Assembly (NCBI GenBank): GCA_019058445.1
Contig: JAHPZA010000010.1
Coordinates: 352,001 to 416,000 of the forward strand
Source: Promethearchaeota archaeon
GTDB lineage: Archaea > Asgardarchaeota > Lokiarchaeia > Sigyniarchaeales > SOKP01
DNA: 64,000 nt
Reading direction: 5' to 3'
Below, one piece after another: positions 57,687-64,000 of this stretch. The notes beneath the pieces were generated by a model that did no database searches, was not told where the DNA came from, and saw only the letters and a list, made by a program, of their open reading frames with translations. The position numbers were made by a program, and so were the translations under genes. Within the stretch, counting starts at the first letter, position 1. Each line of letters opens with the position of its first letter.

Positions 57687-58490
57687 TTATAATCGACGGA
57701 TATGAAAGCCACCATCTATATCTATAATGGTTCCAGTAGAATATGGCAGTAATCCACTCACAATCGCTATAACTGGTTTGGCGATATCTATGGGTTTTCC
57801 CCATTGTTTGATTGGAGTAAGCCCTTCATTAATAAGCTTATCATATTTTTCATGGATGTTTTCGGTCATTGGAGTGTCTATGATCCCCGGAGAAATTTCA
57901 AATACAGGAATTTCATGATCTGATAATCTTTCCGCAAACAATTTCGTCATCATACTCATTCCAGCTTTTGAAATACAATATTCTCCTCTATTTCTTGAAG
58001 TAGTATATCTACTAAGGGAAGAAATATTAATAATGTACGGTTGATATTCTTCTGTTAGTAATTGTTTGAGCTCAATCATCCATTTAGCTATAAGTTGGGT
58101 TAAGAAATAAGGGCCTTTAAGATTTATAGCCATTACTCTGTCATAGGAATCCTCACTTGTCTCTAAAATATCTTTTCTCTCCTTAGGAGCAACTCCAGCA
58201 TTATTTACCAACACATCAATTCGATTAAATTTATCTTTAATAAGATTGACTAATTTATTCCGATCCTCTGCCTTACTTACATCAGATTGAATAAAAATGT
58301 ATCTTTGCTCGAATTGCTTTCCATATATCTCCTTTAGTGCTGATAAATAATTCTCTGATAAGCTATTAGTTGTTGCTCCATTTATTACTACATTGAATCC
58401 AATTTTAGCTAACTCTAAAACAATCGCTTTCCCTATACCATGTGTACTACCAGTTACACACGCAATTTTATGTTCACTAAAATTAGTCAT
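57687..58490 (-). CDS. Short-chain dehydrogenase/reductase
   Basis: VTGSTHGIG, NNAGV, NISS, YCISK, PG.I.T, IDGG. Confidence 0.92.
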   Translation of the reverse strand: MTNFSEHKIACVTGSTHGIGKAIVLELAKIGFNVVINGATTNSLSENYLSALKEIYGKQFEQRYIFIQSDVSKAEDRNKLVNLIKDKFNRIDVLVNNAGVAPKERKDILETSEDSYDRVMAINLKGPYFLTQLIAKWMIELKQLLTEEYQPYIINISSLSRYTTSRNRGEYCISKAGMSMMTKLFAERLSDHEIPVFEISPGIIDTPMTENIHEKYDKLINEGLTPIKQWGKPIDIAKPVIAIVSGLLPYSTGTIIDIDGGFHIRRL

Positions 58491-58522
58491 TATAAAATTA
58501 GATTGTATTTAATTAAAACAAA

Positions 58523-59320
58523 TTAGCTTAATTTGATTTCATTTGCAGTATCATAAAGATAGTTAAAATAAAAGGTGGCCGCTGGGGCGAAGGCGATATG
58601 ATCAGTAAGCACTCCAAAATATGATGGTTTCTCAAAGAATTTTTGAGTTAGAACTATAAATGCGTCCTCTCCTTCATCAATCACGACAGCCATTCCAAAG
58701 ACCTGATCTCGAGATTTGATTTCGGAGATTTCATTATACTTTTTTAAAATTTCTTTATATTTTTTATCCTCTAAAGCATGATCTTCAACTAATAATTTGA
58801 TGTTTGTAACCCCTCTAGCTCTTGCTTTCTTCATATCCTCATAAAAAATTTCTAGTAGTTCAAAGTCAGAAGACACGATAAATATTGATGTTTTAGCAAG
58901 ATTAATTAAAGATATGGATCTATTTAGACAAATATCACGCCCTCTATGAATATATAATCCAATTTTAATCGGAGTGTCATGTGATTCATAGATCGGAGTG
59001 AGGGTATGAATAATTTTATTGGAATTTTTATCAAAATTATCATTATATTGTTTTTTTGCGATTATAAGTGCTTCGTCTGGACTTTTCGCAAAATATCTGG
59101 ACGGTCTTGATTCTTCTTCCTTAATAATCCACATTTTATCTTTTTCGAGCTGTGTGAGAATATTATATATCCGAGAATAGGGCACACCAGAAGCTTCTGA
59201 CAGTTCTCGAGCATCCATCGGACCTTTTGAGATTAGTGTGAGATAAATTGATATTTCATAATCAGTAAGTCCTATGTCTCTAAGGGCGTCCTTAACCGAA
59301 TCAGGGATTTCATTTGACAT
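58523..59320 (-). CDS. trmB: TrmB family transcriptional regulator
   Basis: LRDIGLTDYEISIYLTL...ARELSEASGVPYSRIYNIL, RPSRY; C-terminal effector domain. Confidence 0.92.
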   Translation of the reverse strand: MSNEIPDSVKDALRDIGLTDYEISIYLTLISKGPMDARELSEASGVPYSRIYNILTQLEKDKMWIIKEEESRPSRYFAKSPDEALIIAKKQYNDNFDKNSNKIIHTLTPIYESHDTPIKIGLYIHRGRDICLNRSISLINLAKTSIFIVSSDFELLEIFYEDMKKARARGVTNIKLLVEDHALEDKKYKEILKKYNEISEIKSRDQVFGMAVVIDEGEDAFIVLTQKFFEKPSYFGVLTDHIAFAPAATFYFNYLYDTANEIKLS

Positions 59321-59456
59321 GATTAGTACCTTTGCTTTATATAAATATTAGTTTATACAGTTTAAGACATTTTTAAATATATATAATATTACTTCATCAC
59401 TAAATAATTTTTATTTTTAGTCTAAATAAAAGAATCTATTTAAGACATGTTTTTTT

Positions 59457-61076
59457 TCATGATGAAAAATATTTCTCTACAAATTGTTTCCGCATAAATT
59501 CTGGATCTTCACCATTTCTTAATATATAGTCTTCGCATTTTTTATATAGAATCACCATTTCATCATACAAATCCCTATTTTTAAGTTTAGGGGTGATTTC
59601 TATAGTCGATTGCGAGTTCAAGAATTTAGATACTATTATGTTCCAGTTTTTCCCTTTTTTGATGAAATCATAGTACGATTTAAGAGATCTGAACGCCGCA
59701 CCTAAAGCGGCAGAATCTGTAATATTAAATTGACGAATTGGAGTTTGAAAAATGTCAGCTGCTACTTGTAAAATATCGTTATTTACCGAACCACCTCCAG
59801 TAGCATAAATATCCTGAGGCTTTTCACTAATCCATTGTGAATGAAGTCTCATTGATAAGAATTGAGCCTCTATGATTCCTCTTACGTTTCCTTCAATATC
59901 ATTCTCATTAAGACCAAATCTATAAACTTTCGGTTCTAACACTAATGGAACTATTTCAGGAAAAAAGTAGGGTAATATCACTTTTCCATTATTTCCCGGT
60001 GGAGATCTTTTTAGTAATTCAGAGAATTTATCCCAATTAAGATTAAACTTTTCTTTAATTTTTTCTCTTGCTAAGGAACCGTTTTTATAGCAAATTAAAC
60101 TCATATAATCCCCGGTGGGAGCTCCAAATACGTGTCCTTCACCACTTAAATCTAAGTGAAGTTTTTTCATGTAGCCAAAATATGTATCGCTTGTCCCTAA
60201 ACTAATTGCGACTTTCCCTTTATCGATTAATCCTACTCCGATTAAGCTATTAGGATTATCACCTGACCATGCAACTAATATCATATCAGGATCAAATCCA
60301 AATTTCTTAATAAAATAAGGTGAGATTTTACCGATGATATTATAGGAGTCTCTAAGGGGCGGTAATTTCTCTCTTAAATTAGGGGCAGTTGCATTTAATG
60401 CTCGATTATCCCATTGTTTGGTTTGAATATTCATAAGATTCATTCCTGCACCATCTCCGTGATCTATAGGAGCATTTTTTCCTAAAAGAATAGTAGCCAT
60501 ATAAGAGCTGACTAAGTGAATAATTGAGGTTTGAAGATACCCCTCTGGATTTTCTTGATAGAATTTACGAATTTGGGGTCCAGAAAATCTTTCAAAAGTA
60601 TTTGAACCAGTTATTTTAATAGTTTCCTTCAAACCACCAAGACTCTTTCTAATTTCCTCACATTGTCTAGTAGTGCTAGAATCCATCCATATAGGGCTAG
60701 TTTGTCTACTGAAGCATCCCTTAAGTTGATTTATTATAGCGTCCTTCGGATTTAACGCTTGAAGTGCATGCTCGAATTTGTTATTCAAATACACAGTGCC
60801 ATGTTGCTGTCCAGATCCAGATATTGCCTTAATATTTTCGATTGAAATGTGATTTGAAATTTTATCAAATATTAACTCAAGTGCCTCTACCCACATGAGA
60901 GGAAAAGAATGGACCACTTTCTCATTCTCTAAAATAATAATCCCATTAGTAGTGTTATATTGTGGTAACTCTTTATCGAAGTTTATTGAAACCTTGTAAA
61001 TAATGGAAGAAGAATCAACGATTATGCCAGTTAGGCTCTGAGTTGAGCAATCTAATCCTAAGAAATAATCGCTCAT
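59457..61076 (-). CDS. xylB: Xylulokinase, eukaryote-type (XYLB-like) FGGY kinase
   Basis: LGLDCSTQS, SGSGQQHG.VY, SPIWMDSST, TGS..FERFSGPQI, LVSS, DGAGMNL, GDNP.SL, SLGTSDT, YM.L.CYKNGSLARE, TGGGS.N. Confidence 0.9.
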   Translation of the reverse strand: MSDYFLGLDCSTQSLTGIIVDSSSIIYKVSINFDKELPQYNTTNGIIILENEKVVHSFPLMWVEALELIFDKISNHISIENIKAISGSGQQHGTVYLNNKFEHALQALNPKDAIINQLKGCFSRQTSPIWMDSSTTRQCEEIRKSLGGLKETIKITGSNTFERFSGPQIRKFYQENPEGYLQTSIIHLVSSYMATILLGKNAPIDHGDGAGMNLMNIQTKQWDNRALNATAPNLREKLPPLRDSYNIIGKISPYFIKKFGFDPDMILVAWSGDNPNSLIGVGLIDKGKVAISLGTSDTYFGYMKKLHLDLSGEGHVFGAPTGDYMSLICYKNGSLAREKIKEKFNLNWDKFSELLKRSPPGNNGKVILPYFFPEIVPLVLEPKVYRFGLNENDIEGNVRGIIEAQFLSMRLHSQWISEKPQDIYATGGGSVNNDILQVAADIFQTPIRQFNITDSAALGAAFRSLKSYYDFIKKGKNWNIIVSKFLNSQSTIEITPKLKNRDLYDEMVILYKKCEDYILRNGEDPEFMRKQFVEKYFSS

Positions 61077-61215
61077 AATAAAATTAATATTCTTCTTTAT
61101 TTTTGAATCATTTGTAATTCTAGCTTTAAATTTATAATGAAATTTAAAATTAGGACGTATTTACGGAGTATAAACTTGAAGGGACTCAGCGGATTACTTC
61201 TGTTTTAGGAAGTTT

Positions 61216-61905
61216 TTACGATATCGGTTTTCCGCAGTTATTACAAAATTTACTATTATCCCTTAAATCATTTCCGCAATGGACACAAGTTAGGATTTTA
61301 GGCAAATCTTCTTCTTCAGAAGGTTCTTCATCTTTAGGAAGTTCCTGCGATAGGGGTTTTCCACAGCCCATGCAGAATTTATCATTTTCTTTTACTAGGT
61401 ATCCACAATATTTACATTTTGGGATATCGGGTTTATCATCTGCTTTAGCAGGCTCTTCAGCTTCAAGAAGATCTTGTGAGAGAGGTTTTCCACAATTGGT
61501 ACAGAATTTACTATTCTCTTTAATAGGATTCCCACAATGTTTACATTTGGGAAGTTGGGGTATGTCTTCTGCTTTAGGTGTTTCTTCTGTCTTAAATGTT
61601 TCTTCAGTTTTAGATATTACTTCTTTCTTGGGAGTTATTTCTGCTTTAAAAATTTCCATAGATTTCGGAAGATCCTTAGAGACAGGTTTTCCACATTTCG
61701 TACAAAATTTAGCATTTTCTTTTAAGGTTACTCCGCAAAATTTGCATTTAAGAATTTCAGTTGCTTTTTTAGGCTCAGAAATCTCTTCAATTTCAGTTTC
61801 AGGATAATATCGGGGTATAGGCTTCCCACAATTAGAACAAACTTCAGCATTTTCTTCGATTTCTCTCCCGCAGCCCTCGCAATAGAAAACCATTTTTAAT
61901 ATCAC
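61216..61905 (-). CDS. Zinc-ribbon repeat protein (5 x CxxC-x10-CxxCG)
   Basis: Five CxxCG..(I/L).EN.KFCxxCGKP units with acidic/Pro linkers. Confidence 0.9.
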   Translation of the reverse strand: MILKMVFYCEGCGREIEENAEVCSNCGKPIPRYYPETEIEEISEPKKATEILKCKFCGVTLKENAKFCTKCGKPVSKDLPKSMEIFKAEITPKKEVISKTEETFKTEETPKAEDIPQLPKCKHCGNPIKENSKFCTNCGKPLSQDLLEAEEPAKADDKPDIPKCKYCGYLVKENDKFCMGCGKPLSQELPKDEEPSEEEDLPKILTCVHCGNDLRDNSKFCNNCGKPIS

Positions 61906-62251
61906 ATTCTTTTGTTTTTACAATACATCAGAAACTATAATTAGACAATAAAATTCCATCGATATAAAATTACGGTTTTTGAAAATCATTTCTATAGTTG
62001 ATATTTTTAAAAAAAATACTAATTATATAAACACTATTTTGATGTACTCAAAAATAAATAAAATTACTTTTTTAATTAAATACCACAAATAGATAGAGAA
62101 ATTAGTCAAGATCAATTAGAGAATCGACAAAAAAATTACTAAAACGGAAAATTAAAATACGAATTTGCATAATTTAATAATCAAGAGTATATGAAATGAT
62201 AATATTTCATAAAAAAGTTATGAATAATTTAATAAAGATTTATAATTTCAC

Positions 62252-62686
62252 GTGATAAATATAAAAATGGATGTTATAGATTTAAAAATTTTAGAGGAAT
62301 TGAAACAAGATAGTCGAATAAGTTTCAATGAAATTGCGGATAAAATAGGAAAAACTGAAGCAACCATACGCCGTCGTGTTAAAAAACTTAAAGAAGATGG
62401 AACAATTAGGAAGTTTACTATTTTATATGAACTGAACTCAAAGCCAAAAACCCGAGCAACGGTGAAGATTGAGCCCGATTTCAAGGACATCAAGCGAATT
62501 CTAAAGGAACTAATCGATATTGAGCAAATAACAGATATCTGGAGGCTTTCCGGAGATTGTGGGTTATTTATGAAAGTAGAAATTGAGTCCATTGAAAAAT
62601 TCAACCCTTTAATTGAGGAACGATTAGCTCAGATAAAGGGAATAAAAATCGTTGAGACCTGTTTTATTACTGACGTTATAAAGTAA
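62252..62686 (+). CDS. Lrp/AsnC family transcriptional regulator
   Basis: MDVIDLKILEELKQDSRISF.EIA..IG.TEATIRRRVKKL...G.I..F. Start may be ATG 62267. Confidence 0.95.
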   Translation: MINIKMDVIDLKILEELKQDSRISFNEIADKIGKTEATIRRRVKKLKEDGTIRKFTILYELNSKPKTRATVKIEPDFKDIKRILKELIDIEQITDIWRLSGDCGLFMKVEIESIEKFNPLIEERLAQIKGIKIVETCFITDVIK

Positions 62687-62772
62687 ATTTGAATTTCTTT
62701 TTCTTTTTTCTTATTTAAACTGGAGAAAACTTCTCATTTTAGTAAAAATTCTTCTTAATTTAAGATTTTACT

Positions 62773-63417
62773 TTACACTGCTTCTATTTCTTTCACAAAT
62801 ATTATTTCACTATTAACATCGTAAAATTTACGATCTTGGACCGATTCTATAAACACCGAAAACTTTTTTATTTGCTCTCTATATAATCCACTTTTTTGTA
62901 TTGCTACAGCATCTTCTTTACTTTCCCATAATCCAAAAGATATACCCTCGTCTCTCTGTTCTGTAACTAGAAGTAATAAGCTAACAAGCCCTTTTTGACT
63001 TTTCATAGCGGGGACCACGCTTCCATCCCAAATCTCTCTTACTTCTTCGGGGGAAACACCTGGTTTTACTTTAGTAAATGTCAAGCTACCAACTTTCGCT
63101 TCTAAGTCTTTCATAAAAACTAATTCGCTGTTCACCTCATAATACTTGCGGTTTGGCGGTGCTGCTAAAAAAGCTGCAAATTTTTTTACTTGATCTTGAT
63201 AATAGGGGATTTTCTCTCCTGCCAACGCATCATCCTTATTCTCCCAGAGAGTGAGAGCAAGAGCTTCATCTCTTTTTTCTGTGACTAATAAGCAGCCACC
63301 TATAAATCCTTTCTGTTCTTTAGAAGCAGGGATTACACTACCATCCCAAATCTTTCGAGTATTCTCTAGTGAAATATTTGGTTTTAATTTGGCAAAGGTT
63401 ATGCGGACAAACGCCAT
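62773..63417 (-). CDS. Tandem ABM (dimeric alpha-beta barrel) domain protein
   Basis: Two similar ~107-aa halves (IWDGSV.PA.K.QKG...LLVTE.RDE....LWE.K.DA). Confidence 0.8.
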   Translation of the reverse strand: MAFVRITFAKLKPNISLENTRKIWDGSVIPASKEQKGFIGGCLLVTEKRDEALALTLWENKDDALAGEKIPYYQDQVKKFAAFLAAPPNRKYYEVNSELVFMKDLEAKVGSLTFTKVKPGVSPEEVREIWDGSVVPAMKSQKGLVSLLLLVTEQRDEGISFGLWESKEDAVAIQKSGLYREQIKKFSVFIESVQDRKFYDVNSEIIFVKEIEAV

Positions 63418-63650
63418 ATAATTAACCTCTTATTGAATTTTGTTTTATAAATTGGATTTTATTACAGAAAACAAAATTATAATTAACTATTTAAATCTTT
63501 ACATTACTGTAGAAAACGCTCAGATAAAGATCATACCCTTCAAATAGATACTCTCAAAATTATGAAAAATAATCCCAATATCTAAAAACAACTCACGATT
63601 AAAAATTCTAATACTCAATTTTTTAACAGTTAAAAAACAGGAAAAATAAC

Positions 63651-64000
63651 ATGGCAATTAAAAAAGGAGATATTATTAAAGTGGAATATGAAGGTACTCT
63701 GGATGATGGTACTGTTTTTGATAGCACAAAATTAAACGGAGGAAATCCCTTAAAGTTCGAAGTTGGCGGAGGACAACTCATTAAGGGGTTTGACGACTCA
63801 GTTATAGGTAAGGAAGTTGGAGAAGAGTTTTCAATTACGCTTCAACCCTCAGATGCGTATGGAGATTATAAAAATGATATGGTACGTAAACTGGCAAAAA
63901 ATCTTTTCCCAAAAGAACAAGAACCACAAGCTGGTATGATAATCCAAGTGATGGATGAAACAGGACATATAATATTAGCATCAATTAAGGAAGTTATAGA
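63651..64000 (+). CDS. slyD: FKBP-type peptidyl-prolyl isomerase (SlyD-like), truncated by the window end
   Basis: Manual translation: MAIKKGDIIKVEYEGTLDDGTVFDST...PLKFEVGGGQLIKGFDDSVIG...LQPSDAYG. Confidence 0.93.
   Translation, partial: MAIKKGDIIKVEYEGTLDDGTVFDSTKLNGGNPLKFEVGGGQLIKGFDDSVIGKEVGEEFSITLQPSDAYGDYKNDMVRKLAKNLFPKEQEPQAGMIIQVMDETGHIILASIKEVI

Noticed and set aside
1283-62604. Short track ORFs antisense to or overlapping longer genes (e.g. 1283..1468, 18545..18883, 19388..19801, 28792..29109, 31598..32038, 61370..61807, 62248..62604)
   Set aside because: Shadow frames of well-supported genes, with low-complexity translations and no motifs.

Overview
AT-rich (roughly 30% GC by eye) archaeal DNA, most consistent with an Asgard archaeon of the Lokiarchaeia type: it carries eukaryote-like E1/E2 enzymes, Rab- and Arf/Rag-like small GTPases, longin/roadblock proteins, IPFG-type C-terminal sorting tails and a BHB-intron tRNA. 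Layout: (1) 1-16.9 kb, a surface-glycan/envelope locus (ABC-2 exporter, GT4 and GT47-like glycosyltransferases, two GT-C-like membrane proteins, two membrane-anchored CotH kinases, a glutaminase-less AsnB homologue, a LicC-like cytidylyltransferase, hydrolases). (2) 17.8-35.1 kb, eukaryotic-signature genes among housekeeping genes: roadblock-like protein, longin-GTPase fusion with a K16 tract, Rab-like GTPase, folliculin/SMCR8-like longin protein with an apparent arginine finger, a 1653-aa 14-repeat helical protein, UBA3/UBA2-like E1 and an E2. (3) tRNA-Tyr(GUA) with two introns and a 6-nt middle exon, whose two BHB motifs are mutually exclusive. (4) 40-50 kb, an accessory region with secreted proteins, pseudogenes and a putative PD-(D/E)XK nuclease gene flanked by 76-bp direct repeats and an adjacent structured non-coding element. 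(5) 52-61 kb, a TrmB-linked sugar-catabolism cluster with a eukaryote-type xylulokinase. Three genes appear to start at ATA/ATT codons behind clear Shine-Dalgarno motifs. All calls come from motif reading only; no searches were run.
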